DNA from: Calditrichia bacterium
Lineage (GTDB): Bacteria; Calditrichota; Calditrichia; JAJRVZ01
Assembly: GCA_963796965.1 (NCBI GenBank)
Contig: CAWCNS010000006.1
Location: 481,179 to 545,178, forward strand
Length of the DNA: 64,000 bases
Direction: 5' to 3'
Positions within the stretch are counted from its first letter, which is position 1. Every line of letters begins with the position of its first letter. The position numbers and the translations under genes were made by a program. Shown in pieces: positions 44,276 through 53,635 of this stretch. The notes beneath the pieces were generated by a model. It saw only the letters and a list, made by a program, of their open reading frames with translations, was not told the origin of the DNA and did no database searches.

Positions 44276-46162
44276 ATGTTAAATTTGCACAAAACTTATA
44301 TATTAAATTTTATTCTTATTTCACTGGTATTCAGCCAGATTAGTATTCCGGAATCTCATCATAATCTGGGTATTGATAATAATTCCAAAATCTATATCAA
44401 CTATAAAGGAGAAAAGGTATATGAAAATCCTGCTCCCACCAAGTACACCCTAGAAAATAGCATTGGAAATCCAATAGGAACAAAAGATGGCCTTTCATTT
44501 AATTTTAATGATTCTACATTAAACGGAACCCTCTATTATGGTTTTATTCCATATGGGGATTCAAAACACCCCATGCCTGTATTCTTTAAAAGTCCGGCAA
44601 AAATTAAAAATGGACGTTCAGAAATTAATATAAAAAAAATGGGTGGTCGTTATGATATGATTAGATGGGAGGAAAAGGGGAAAGGTACTATTGGATACCG
44701 TGTTGTCAATGCCGCAGGTATGATGATCTATAACGGTATCATCTCTTTTAGGGGAAAAGGACCATTTCAAACGAGTGCAACGATCATCGAAGGTCCGATA
44801 ATTAGTTGTCCTACAAATACGGGTGTCATCTTATCGTTCGTTACGAACATACCTATTGCATGTAAAATTCTCGTTAGTGGAAGAGAATTTAAGGATAATA
44901 GTCCGGTGACAAACCATGAAATTAAAGTAAATGGACTAATGGCTGGAACAGTATATAATTACCGGGTGATATGTGATGTTTTCGAGCACATCTATTCCTT
45001 TAAAACCAGTCCCCAGCCAGGTTCACGAAAGCCATTTGTTTTCTCATATGCCAGCGATTCCAGATCTGGTCAGGGTGGAGGAGAGCGCAATGTTTATGGG
45101 ACAAATTATTATATCATGCGCAAAATCATGGCTCTAAGTATGCAAAAACAAGTTGCCTTCATGCAATTTACGGGAGATATGATTAACGGTTATCTTAACG
45201 ATGCAGGAGAAATGGATTTACACTATGCTAACTGGAAAAGCGCTATTACTCCCTATTCGAATTATTTGCCTGTTTATGTTGCTATGGGTAATCATGAATC
45301 CTTTATGCGAAGTTTTGGTGATTCTTATTATGCTGCAGATAATGCCTTTCGTCTAGATGGATTCCCCTATGAGACATTCTCTTCGGAGGCATTATTTGCA
45401 AAAAATTTTGTAAATCATCAAAACGGTCCTAATAGTGAGGACAATACGGTTTATGATCCCAATCCAAAAACAATAGATTTTCCATCCTACAAGGAAAATG
45501 TCTATTTCTATACTTATAATAATGTGGCTGTGATCGTTATGAATACAGACTACTGGTATACGCCGAGTACATCAAAAATCCCCATAACCAGTGGCGGGGT
45601 TCATGGATATATAATGGATGCCCAATTGGCCTGGATAGAAAAAATAATTGCCACATTAGAGTCAGATCAGAATATTGATCATATTTTTATTACCGGACAT
45701 ACGCCTTTCTTCCCAAATGGGGGGCATATTACGGATGACATGTGGTATAGTGGAAACAATGAGGTTCGACCCTATGTGACGGGAAAACCTGTTAAAAGAG
45801 GGATCATCGAGCGACGAGATGATTTATTGAATATTTTTGTCAACAAAAGTAAAAAGGTCGTGGCCATTTTGACCGGGGATGAACATAATTATAATAAACT
45901 GGAAATAGGTAAAGATACGGAGATATATCTTCCCGATTACACAGGAGAAAAAGTAAATATCTCGAGAACGATATATCAAATAAATAATGGTGCTGCGGGC
46001 GCCCCTTATTATGCCCAGGAAAAGACGCCTTGGACTTCGAAGGTAAGTGGCTTTACAACTCAGAATGCTCTGGTATTCTTTTATATTAATGGAAAACAGG
46101 TGCGTATGGAAGTGATTAATCCTGAGACACTAGAACAGATCGATCACTTACAATTGAGATAG
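44276..46162 (+). CDS. Secreted metallophosphoesterase (purple acid phosphatase-like) with FN3-like domain
   Basis: SDSR, TGDM, MGNHE, GHTP, GDEHNY, GAAGAP; HEIKVNGL...YNYRV. Confidence 0.85.
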   Translation: MLNLHKTYILNFILISLVFSQISIPESHHNLGIDNNSKIYINYKGEKVYENPAPTKYTLENSIGNPIGTKDGLSFNFNDSTLNGTLYYGFIPYGDSKHPMPVFFKSPAKIKNGRSEINIKKMGGRYDMIRWEEKGKGTIGYRVVNAAGMMIYNGIISFRGKGPFQTSATIIEGPIISCPTNTGVILSFVTNIPIACKILVSGREFKDNSPVTNHEIKVNGLMAGTVYNYRVICDVFEHIYSFKTSPQPGSRKPFVFSYASDSRSGQGGGERNVYGTNYYIMRKIMALSMQKQVAFMQFTGDMINGYLNDAGEMDLHYANWKSAITPYSNYLPVYVAMGNHESFMRSFGDSYYAADNAFRLDGFPYETFSSEALFAKNFVNHQNGPNSEDNTVYDPNPKTIDFPSYKENVYFYTYNNVAVIVMNTDYWYTPSTSKIPITSGGVHGYIMDAQLAWIEKIIATLESDQNIDHIFITGHTPFFPNGGHITDDMWYSGNNEVRPYVTGKPVKRGIIERRDDLLNIFVNKSKKVVAILTGDEHNYNKLEIGKDTEIYLPDYTGEKVNISRTIYQINNGAAGAPYYAQEKTPWTSKVSGFTTQNALVFFYINGKQVRMEVINPETLEQIDHLQLR

Positions 46163-46192
46163 AATCACGGAGGATTGTGGCCAATTCTAAAC

Positions 46193-46999
46193 TTAGTTAC
46201 CCTGGAGGATAAGTTTAATCTCAAAAATTTTTGGCCAATATTTTCCAGTTACAAAAAACCGATTATCTTCCGGATCATAAGCAATGCCATTTAATACATC
46301 AATGGCATAATCAATTTTTTCCCCGCCAAGAATTCCGGTTAAGTCAATCCAGCTTGTCACTTTTCCACTCTGGGGATTTATCCTGGCTATTTTATTACTG
46401 TATAGAATGTTGGAGTATATCTCACCATTGATGTATTCAAGTTCGTTCAATTTATCCACGGGTCCCTTGTCGTCTGTAACCGGAATTTGCTTCAAAACCT
46501 CAAAAGTTATAGGATCTAAAAAATAAAGAGTGGATGATCCATCGCTTACGATTAGATGCTGATTATTGTGGGTAATTCCCCAACCCTCCGTATTATAAAA
46601 AAATTCTTCCATCAATAAAAAGGTTTCTTTATCATAGACGAATCCGGTATAGGCCTGCCAGGTTAACTGATAAATTTTATTATCGTAGATGGTTATGCCT
46701 TCCCCAAAAAGGTTGTCAGATAATTTATGAATATTTATAATTGCGCCATCCTTTGGATCTACTTTTCTTAAGGTGGAATATCCACGCTGTCCTGTTCCTT
46801 CATATAAATAGCCATTATCAAAGACCAAACCTTGTGTGTAGGCCCGATAATCATGGGGGATCTTGTTGACAATAAAGTAAGTGTATGTGGGTATCTCTGT
46901 ATTGTTATCCGGATCAGGTGTTCCTGCCAATATAGGAGAAAACATCAAAATCAAAAGAATAAGGGAAGTAATAAATTTATGTAAAAGAACTCTATTCAT
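46193..46999 (-). CDS. Glutaminyl-peptide cyclotransferase (glutamine cyclotransferase)
   Basis: PHD...YTQGL, FGEGIT, QLTW, EGWGIT, LNELE, VLNGIAY, TGKYWP. Confidence 0.92.
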   Translation of the reverse strand: MNRVLLHKFITSLILLILMFSPILAGTPDPDNNTEIPTYTYFIVNKIPHDYRAYTQGLVFDNGYLYEGTGQRGYSTLRKVDPKDGAIINIHKLSDNLFGEGITIYDNKIYQLTWQAYTGFVYDKETFLLMEEFFYNTEGWGITHNNQHLIVSDGSSTLYFLDPITFEVLKQIPVTDDKGPVDKLNELEYINGEIYSNILYSNKIARINPQSGKVTSWIDLTGILGGEKIDYAIDVLNGIAYDPEDNRFFVTGKYWPKIFEIKLILQGN

Positions 47000-47297
47000 T
47001 TCTCTTGTCCAGTACCAATTAGTGTTTTATTATCCATGTTAGGTCCTAAAATTAAAGGCTTAATTACTTATATGCAAAAACAACTATTCGGTTGCATATA
47101 AACCATAATCAAATAGATTGTAGAGAGTTCCAGGTAGAAGTAATAGGCAAAAAATGCAGCAGATTTTAGGGTTTTTAAATATTTCGGAGAGAAAACTGAA
47201 AATAACACATTGGTAGTTGCATAGCCACAAATTATTATATAAATTAAAAAGCTCAAATAGATGGTTTCGCAATTGTATTATTGAAAAGGATTTTATT

Positions 47298-47510
47298 ATG
47301 GCGAAGGTACAGACATTCGCGGATAAAGTTAAGAAAAAAGCGGCAGCCGAGGCAGCAAAGATTATAAAACTTGTTTATTCTTATCAATCACCGGATACAG
47401 GTGCCTGGCGATTTGCCGAGAAGTACATAAGAGTAATGCCGAATGAAAATGAAAATCAGGTGATTGAATCTGAAATTAAGAACGGAAAAGCTCAACTGGA
47501 AAAAAATTAG
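47298..47510 (+). CDS. Small protein, DUF4295-like, co-transcribed with rpmB-rpmG
   Basis: AAGGA RBS; MAKVQTFADK...KIIKLV...SPDTGAWRFAEK resembles the small protein linked to rpmB/rpmG in FCB bacteria. Confidence 0.6.
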   Translation: MAKVQTFADKVKKKAAAEAAKIIKLVYSYQSPDTGAWRFAEKYIRVMPNENENQVIESEIKNGKAQLEKN

Positions 47511-47550
47511 ATTCCGTTCGAAAAGATCCGAGGTAGAAAGGGTAGATAAT

Positions 47551-47790
47551 ATGTCAAGAGTTTGCAAAGTAAGCGGTAAAAGACCTCTGGTGGGAAATAA
47601 TGTTTCCCATGCCCACAATAAAACCAAACGCAGGCAATATCCTAATTTGCAGTCTAAGCGGATATATGTAGAAGAGCTAGGGAAATTTGTACGTGTGCGT
47701 TTATCGGCCAGAGCTTTAAAATCTGTTACACGCGTAGGACTTTTACCCTATCTAAAGAAACAGGGTTTATCCCTTAGTGATGTCGCGTAA
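47551..47790 (+). CDS. rpmB: 50S ribosomal protein L28
   Basis: MSRVCKVSGKRPLVGNNVSHAHNKTKRRQYPNLQ. Confidence 0.97.
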   Translation: MSRVCKVSGKRPLVGNNVSHAHNKTKRRQYPNLQSKRIYVEELGKFVRVRLSARALKSVTRVGLLPYLKKQGLSLSDVA

Positions 47791-47809
47791 GAAGTAAGGA
47801 GTATAAATT

Positions 47810-47971
47810 ATGGCAAAACCAGGCGCACGTGCTACAATAAAGCTGAGAAGCACAGAGAGTCAGCACTTTTATTCAACAAAAAAGAATAAACGCAATACAA
47901 CTGATCGGATTCAGCTAAAAAAATACGATCCGGTTGTGAAGAAACATGTGCTGTACAAGGAAGAGAAATAA
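47810..47971 (+). CDS. rpmG: 50S ribosomal protein L33, Cys-free type (not in the ORF track)
   Basis: [62 protein letters not shown]. Confidence 0.95.
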   Translation: MAKPGARATIKLRSTESQHFYSTKKNKRNTTDRIQLKKYDPVVKKHVLYKEEK

Positions 47972-48007
47972 GCGTTTATAAAAAAGTCTTAGTTATTGCA
48001 ACGATAT

Positions 48008-48048
48008 AAAAAAGGTCACGCTATTAATATATGGCGTGACCTTTTTTT
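48008..48048 (+). terminator. Intrinsic, probably bidirectional, terminator
   Basis: AAAAAA-GGTCACGCTAT-taatat-ATGGCGTGACC-TTTTTTT. Confidence 0.85.
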
Positions 48049-48080
48049 GTATAAACTATCTGGATTTTCTTTTCTCGGCT

Positions 48081-48210
48081 CTGGGTGCTGGATGCTCGAT
48101 TCTCGTGGACAAAGCAGTAAATTATTATTTACAAAAAGCGAATCTAAAAATTGACAATTCTATGGAAAAAGCCAAATTTTCCCGTATCCTATCCGTATCC
48201 CGTATCCCGC
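48081..48210. repeat. Heptamer-unit inverted-repeat element
   Basis: CTGGGTG CTGGATG CTCGATT ... CCCGTAT CCTAT CCGTATC CCGTATC CCG; abuts the dipeptidase stop codon. Confidence 0.55.
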
Positions 48211-49835
48211 CTAAAATTTCTCATCATATTTTGTCCAGAGCAGATCACCTAGTTCCCAAGCTCTTTTTGACCACCTTATTCCCCCAATAGACAGAATATC
48301 CGGTTAATTTTTTTACTGCTTCCTGGGAATCTCTCTTATAAATATCTAAAGTTTTATCTTCAAAAGCTTTTTGTTTTTGGAAGAGTTCTTCCTGCATGGG
48401 TGCCCAAATAGTCGTAACATCATGACGCATGTCACCCCAACGTTGAGCGGCAAGAGTACCTAAACGATTAAAAGCCCACCAGGCGGATTCACGATTAAAA
48501 CCCTTGGGACGACCCGGAGTTTTATAAGATGGAGCAACATCAGTTATACCACAATAGAGAGGAACATATATTGACGTGGCAACGTTATCAAAAGCAAGCC
48601 AAACGACACCTCCTATTTCATTGGGTAGCCAGTCCCGGGATTGGGTAATCGTTGCATACATTGTATACCAGCGGGCAATTGTTCTCTCGCCCATCCAACC
48701 CCAGCCACCATTAATTTTAAACAGCTTGTTCATGTCATAGGGCATAAAGGGATTGGCGAGGGGGGATATTTCAGTCTTTCCATCGTCGTTTACCCAGGTG
48801 AGATTTTTTATAAAATTATAGGGAGTGTGTTCATAATAATCCTGAAAAAAACCAACCATTTTTCCCATTGTTACAAGGGTATCTGGTTTTACCGAAAAGG
48901 GATAGTTCTCAGCATTGGCATCAAGTTTAAGGAAGGCGCTGCCAGGGATAACACGCGCCATTCTCGCCGACGGGCTGCAAAAGAGGTACGTCCTTCCGGA
49001 GCATATGCATAACAGAATTCAAAGGGTCCCAGAGAAGGATCCCACCATCCACTATCCTGGGCAACCGTATAAATATTCTTAGAGGCCAAAAAGTAAGTTC
49101 CATTTTCCGGATCGATTTTTCTGATACGGCTGGCATTTGCATTGACCGATATATGATTATCTGGTACTCTTTGAGCAACCCAAATAGATCCTACCTTATC
49201 TTTTCCTGGCCCGACAATTTCAAAATGCCAGACTTCTTTTGTATCTGCTATTGTCAAACATTCTCCGGCATCATTATAACCATATTTTCCCGTTAATTCA
49301 CCGGCCATTTTTATAGCCTCTCTTGCGGTGCTGCATCGCTCGAGCATCAGGCGTACCAACTGTTGACAATCGATCAGACCCTTGTCAGATTGCAAAGATT
49401 TTCTACCCCCAAAAGTAGATTCACCGATGGCTAATTGTTGGTCATTCATACAGGGATAGGCCGTATTGATAAAACCATGGGTCTTTTCAACTTGTGGTAT
49501 TTCACCCGTTGCAATATATTTATAGGTTGGCATGGCTAAAGAATCAGATGTTGTTCGTTTTACCATGGTTACATTTGATCCGGGTGTATGTGACATCTCT
49601 GATGTAATGGTAAGCCATCCGCGGGTGCGATGACTATCACAGGTATGAGAAGTCATAACCGATCCATCAGCAGTGCCAGTTTTCCCAACGGTTATAGTGG
49701 TACATCCATCAGGAAACCCCCTTGCCAATCCGGAGGATCTATTATTTTATCTTGAGAAAAGGCAATAGGATATATTAAATAATACACCAAGGCAAAATGC
49801 AACATACAATAAATGATAATATGAGATTTCTTCAC
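48211..49835 (-). CDS. Peptidase C69 family dipeptidase (Ntn hydrolase); frameshifts near 49715, 48925 and 48263
   Basis: GGAAGGAG RBS before GTG 49835; signal peptide; catalytic CTTITVGK, LAIGESTF, IWVAQRVPD, SAWWAFN; C-terminus AWELGDLLWTKYDEKF* in a shifted frame. Confidence 0.88.
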
Positions 49836-50079
49836 GACATCTCCTTCCAATCAGATTATAATGAATAGCAACTGATTTGGCCAATAAATTCAATTTTATT
49901 GGTCTACCATTATTTTCGTAAACCAGTTTATTACTAGTTTTTAGAATTTGATTGGAGGAAATGTAATAAAAATAGTTGGTGTTATGAAAATTTGAAGGGT
50001 GGAAGTGAAAGGTTTAAAGGTTAAAGTGGATATAGAATAGACAGGGGCGCGAATAATCGCGACCCCGTCGATGGATTGT

Positions 50080-50467
50080 TCAGCTGGTGCTACTGGAAAG
50101 TTGTTTTAAACGCCAGCGAAATATAAACCAAATTATTGCTGAAATAATAAATAATTGTCAAACCTGTTAGAATGGTAATTAGAGACAGAGAATAACCAAA
50201 AGCAACAATCGCCGGAGAAATATCATTCGCTCTGTAAATCGCTTGCATGGCATAATAAACCCTAAATAATGGGCAAAAAATCCCAGTATTGCGGAAATTG
50301 ATCCCCAGAATATGATCGCATTTGTGCCACTTTCGAGGATAGCTTGGGATAAGTCCTTGACCGCTAAACAATTGAATGGCCTTTTTTATAGTCAGATAAA
50401 TAATTAATAGGGCAATGATTAAAAAGAGCCACATCAATTGACCACCGCTTAGAAAAAAATCAACCAT
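50080..50467 (-). CDS. Small MotA/TolQ/ExbB-like membrane protein with several indels
   Basis: MVDFFLSGGQLMW; AMQAIYRANDISPAIVAFGYSLSLITILTGL; GGAGGA RBS. Confidence 0.6.
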
Positions 50468-50496
50468 GATTTTGTCCTCCGATTTACTAAAAGTTT

Positions 50497-51281
50497 TTAT
50501 TCAGCTAAGAGAATCTCAGCCTCAGCCGTTTCAATTTTTGATATTTTACTCATAATAATAAACCACATAAAAGCAATAATGATTGTTATAAGCATGCTTA
50601 CAATTATAAAAGCAGAACTCGTGATCATCCAATCAATCATATCTATTGAAGATTTGAGGAAATTCAGGATCAGTTGTGACTAACAGGTAAATCATTTTTG
50701 TTTCAAGGATATGACCATGATTCTTTAAAACTAAACAATTCCCAATAGTAGCCAATACACACATAGAAAGAGGGAAGAACCTGATAAAAAAAGTAATGAT
50801 GAAACACCTTTCTTGATATTTTAAGTGTATGATCTTTTTTGATGTAAATCTGATATATTTTTAAAATGAAAATGGCAGATGAGCATAAGAGAATGAAAAA
50901 ATATAACCCAAATAAATGAACCGGCTTGTAAAACAATTGTGGATTCCAATGCTGTATAGATTCCGGTAATTAATACAATAATCATAACGAGGAGAAATAC
51001 AATACGTTCTAAATACTTTGTCCCCTTTCGCTAAGTTGATCAAACCACTTTCTAAACGAAGTTTGGTGGATTGAAATAAGATCATTTAGATTCTTTTTGT
51101 CGAGATTAAAAGTGTTTGTCGCTTTTTTAGTTGCTTCTGAATCCGTTAATCCCTGATTCTTATATAGGTTAAAAGCATCATTAAGATCCGCTGCAACTTC
51201 GAGGATGATTCGCGATTTGGTTGGTTGGGGTAAATCCAGCTGTCCATTAATTTTTTTTAGAATAGGTTTAAAGTTATCCAT
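50497..51281 (-). CDS. PadR-associated membrane protein (soluble N-domain + several TMs), multiply frameshifted
   Basis: LDLPQPTKSRIILEVAADL...GLTDSEATKKA resembles permease-prefix/HAAS domains; TM fragments continue in shifted frames to ...KIETAEAEILLAE*. Confidence 0.55.
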
Positions 51282-51283
51282 CG

Positions 51284-51613
51284 TTAAATCTTTCCAATAA
51301 TTTTAACAAATGTCTTATAGAATATATCCCATTGATCACGTTGGGCATTTAGGTGTTTTTTACCTTTGGCGGTAATTGTATAATACTTCCGTTTTCTTTT
51401 CGGTCCCTCCTGTTTCCAGCTTCCTTTGATCAGATTATCCTTTTCAAGTTTATGAAGAATCGGATAAAGGGTACCATGATTGAATTTGAAAAGGGCATTG
51501 CTTGTCTCTTCTAATTCTAAAGCCAATTGGTAGCCATGTTTTTTTTCAGATGCCAACGTAGCTAAGATTAATGATTCATTACAGTTTTTGCTTAGATTTT
51601 GAATCTCTAACAC
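51284..51613 (-). CDS. PadR family transcriptional regulator
   Basis: HGYQL, GTLYPILHKLE, RKRKYYTITAKG; AGGAG RBS. Confidence 0.92.
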   Translation of the reverse strand: MLEIQNLSKNCNESLILATLASEKKHGYQLALELEETSNALFKFNHGTLYPILHKLEKDNLIKGSWKQEGPKRKRKYYTITAKGKKHLNAQRDQWDIFYKTFVKIIGKI

Positions 51614-51644
51614 AGGACTCCTCTTGGTATTTGCGAATCTATGC

Positions 51645-51718
51645 TATGTAGAATGTCTATATATAGAGATTCTATATATAGACACTCAATATATAATAAA
51701 TTTTTTTATATATGTCAA
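51645..51718 (-). promoter_or_regulatory. padR promoter with three tandem palindromic operator-like sites
   Basis: TTGACA (minus strand, 51718-51713), 17 bp, TATATA; TATRTAGA-N3-TCWATATA repeated at 51645, 51660 and 51675. Confidence 0.7.
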
Positions 51719-51851
51719 GTCATTTTTTAAAAGTCCGTATTTGTCTTATATTCATTATATCCTATCACAGATAATAAATCAGGTATGAATTATGATCAGC
51801 AAAAGGAATAAACCTGGCTGTTTATCTATAAAACAATCAAACGAATAGAAA

Positions 51852-52760
51852 TTGACTTCTATGGTTATCAGAACAGAGAATCTCTCTAAATACTATGGAA
51901 AAGTTTGCGGGATTGAAGAGCTGGACTTGCAAATTGACCAGGGGGAAATTTTTGGTTTTCTTGGTCCGAATGGAGCGGGAAAATCAACAACGATCCGGCT
52001 ATTGTTAAACCTTCTCATACCAACTTTTGGAAAGGTTTATATATTTGAGAATGAAGTAAATAGAAATTATTCGAAGATTTTTGAAAGAGTCGGAAATGTG
52101 CCTGGCGAGCTAAAATTATATGAAGAACTGACAGGAGAATATTTTTTAGAGTATATGGGTAGTTTTTATGCAAGGCCCTGTTTATTGCGAAATGAATTGG
52201 TGGATGCCTTTCAACTAAAAGAAGATGATCTCAAAAAAAGAATTAAACATTATTCAAGGGGAATGAAACAAAAGTTGGGCATTATACAGGCCTTGCAATC
52301 GGAACCGGAATTGCTGATAATGGATGAGCCTTCAGAAGGACTTGATCCTTTAAATAAGAATATTTTATATCGCTATTTAAAAAGATTCAAAACGAAAGGG
52401 GCAACCATTTTTTTCTCTTCCCATAATTTAGCTGAGATTGAAAAAATTTGCGATCGTGTAGGATTGGTAAAGGGAGGTAAATTAATAGCCCATGAAACAT
52501 TAGACTCTCTGAAAGAAAAAATGATTCGTGTGATGCAAGTTGAGTTTCAAAAGGAAATAGATCTCAATATATTTAATCTACCAAGTATTAAGGATCTAAA
52601 AAAAAACGGACAAAAATTTGTTTTGACTCTCCGTGGGGATATTAATCCAATTTTGCAGATTCTGGCAAATCATCCGGTAAAAAGCATGATTTTTCCCGAA
52701 CCGTCATTAGAAGATATGTTTATGACATTTTATAAAAAGGAAAGGAATAGAAAAAGATAG
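51852..52760 (+). CDS. ABC-2 type transporter ATP-binding protein
   Basis: GPNGAGKST, YSRGMKQKL, LLIMDEP, SSH. Confidence 0.93.
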   Translation: MTSMVIRTENLSKYYGKVCGIEELDLQIDQGEIFGFLGPNGAGKSTTIRLLLNLLIPTFGKVYIFENEVNRNYSKIFERVGNVPGELKLYEELTGEYFLEYMGSFYARPCLLRNELVDAFQLKEDDLKKRIKHYSRGMKQKLGIIQALQSEPELLIMDEPSEGLDPLNKNILYRYLKRFKTKGATIFFSSHNLAEIEKICDRVGLVKGGKLIAHETLDSLKEKMIRVMQVEFQKEIDLNIFNLPSIKDLKKNGQKFVLTLRGDINPILQILANHPVKSMIFPEPSLEDMFMTFYKKERNRKR

Positions 52761-52762
52761 TT

Positions 52763-53566
52763 ATGATGAATATCATTTCTTATTTAAAAAAGATCTGGCA
52801 TGATCAGAAATATATGGTGCTTGGATTAACTATTTTCTCTGCAGTGTTCGAATTTGCTTTTGGCTGGCTGTTATTTGAAGCAAAATTTAATGAAATTTTT
52901 GAGACAGTTGCCACTATGTTACCATCATCTCTTATGAATTTTATTGGTGTAACAACAGGCGGCAATTTTTATGGATCTCAATTATTATCATTCGGATTCT
53001 CGCACCCTTTAATTCTTATTAGTTTATCTCTACTTCCAATAAATATACCCGCACGATATATTTCAGGTGAGATTGAAAGTAAAACGATGGATTTATTTTT
53101 AACCAAGCCAATTAAACGAAATGTTATTCCAACCTCATTATTTATTTTTCTGGCAGTAGCTATGCTGCTACAAACTATCGCTTTGTATTTTGGCACCTAT
53201 TTGGGTTATAGGCTCTTTTCGCTGGACATAGATATTCATTTGTATTTTAAGATTTCTGTTACCATATATCTCTTCTTTCTTAGTATGGGTATGGTATCTA
53301 TGATGATTGCCATTAGTCAGAATGAGCGAGGCAAGGCTATAGCAAAATCTGTAAGTCTTTTTATTGTTCTTTTCTTTTTTGATACAATTATTCGACTAAA
53401 TAAATCTTTAGAAAATTTAACCTCATATAGCTATTTTAATCTTTATCAACCAGGGAAATTAATACGAGGTGAAGGAGATTTTTGGGGAACGGTTATGGTG
53501 CTCCTTATCCTCATAATTGTTTTTTGGGTTTTATCAATAATATTGTTCAAAAAAAGAGATTTGTAA
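52763..53566 (+). CDS. ABC-2 type transporter permease
   Basis: Six TMs; ISGEIESKTMDLFLTKPIKR; ends FKKRDL. Confidence 0.88.
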   Translation: MMNIISYLKKIWHDQKYMVLGLTIFSAVFEFAFGWLLFEAKFNEIFETVATMLPSSLMNFIGVTTGGNFYGSQLLSFGFSHPLILISLSLLPINIPARYISGEIESKTMDLFLTKPIKRNVIPTSLFIFLAVAMLLQTIALYFGTYLGYRLFSLDIDIHLYFKISVTIYLFFLSMGMVSMMIAISQNERGKAIAKSVSLFIVLFFFDTIIRLNKSLENLTSYSYFNLYQPGKLIRGEGDFWGTVMVLLILIIVFWVLSIILFKKRDL

Positions 53567-53635
53567 AATCTGAATTCTGAGAAAACACCATTCCTATACA
53601 ATAGAGATACTACTATTGTGAGTTGAAGCAATCAA

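Noticed and set aside
47000..47297. Zur box or ribosomal leader RNA before rpmB/rpmG
   Set aside because: No convincing palindrome or recognisable structure.
51645..51693. Mini-CRISPR or iteron array
   Set aside because: 15-bp period with 3-nt variable centres, no spacers and no cas or rep gene; position fits an operator.
32887..53635. Genomic island separating the PorV-like gene from the ComEA-like gene
   Set aside because: No integrase, tRNA or direct repeats, and the interval contains ribosomal protein genes.
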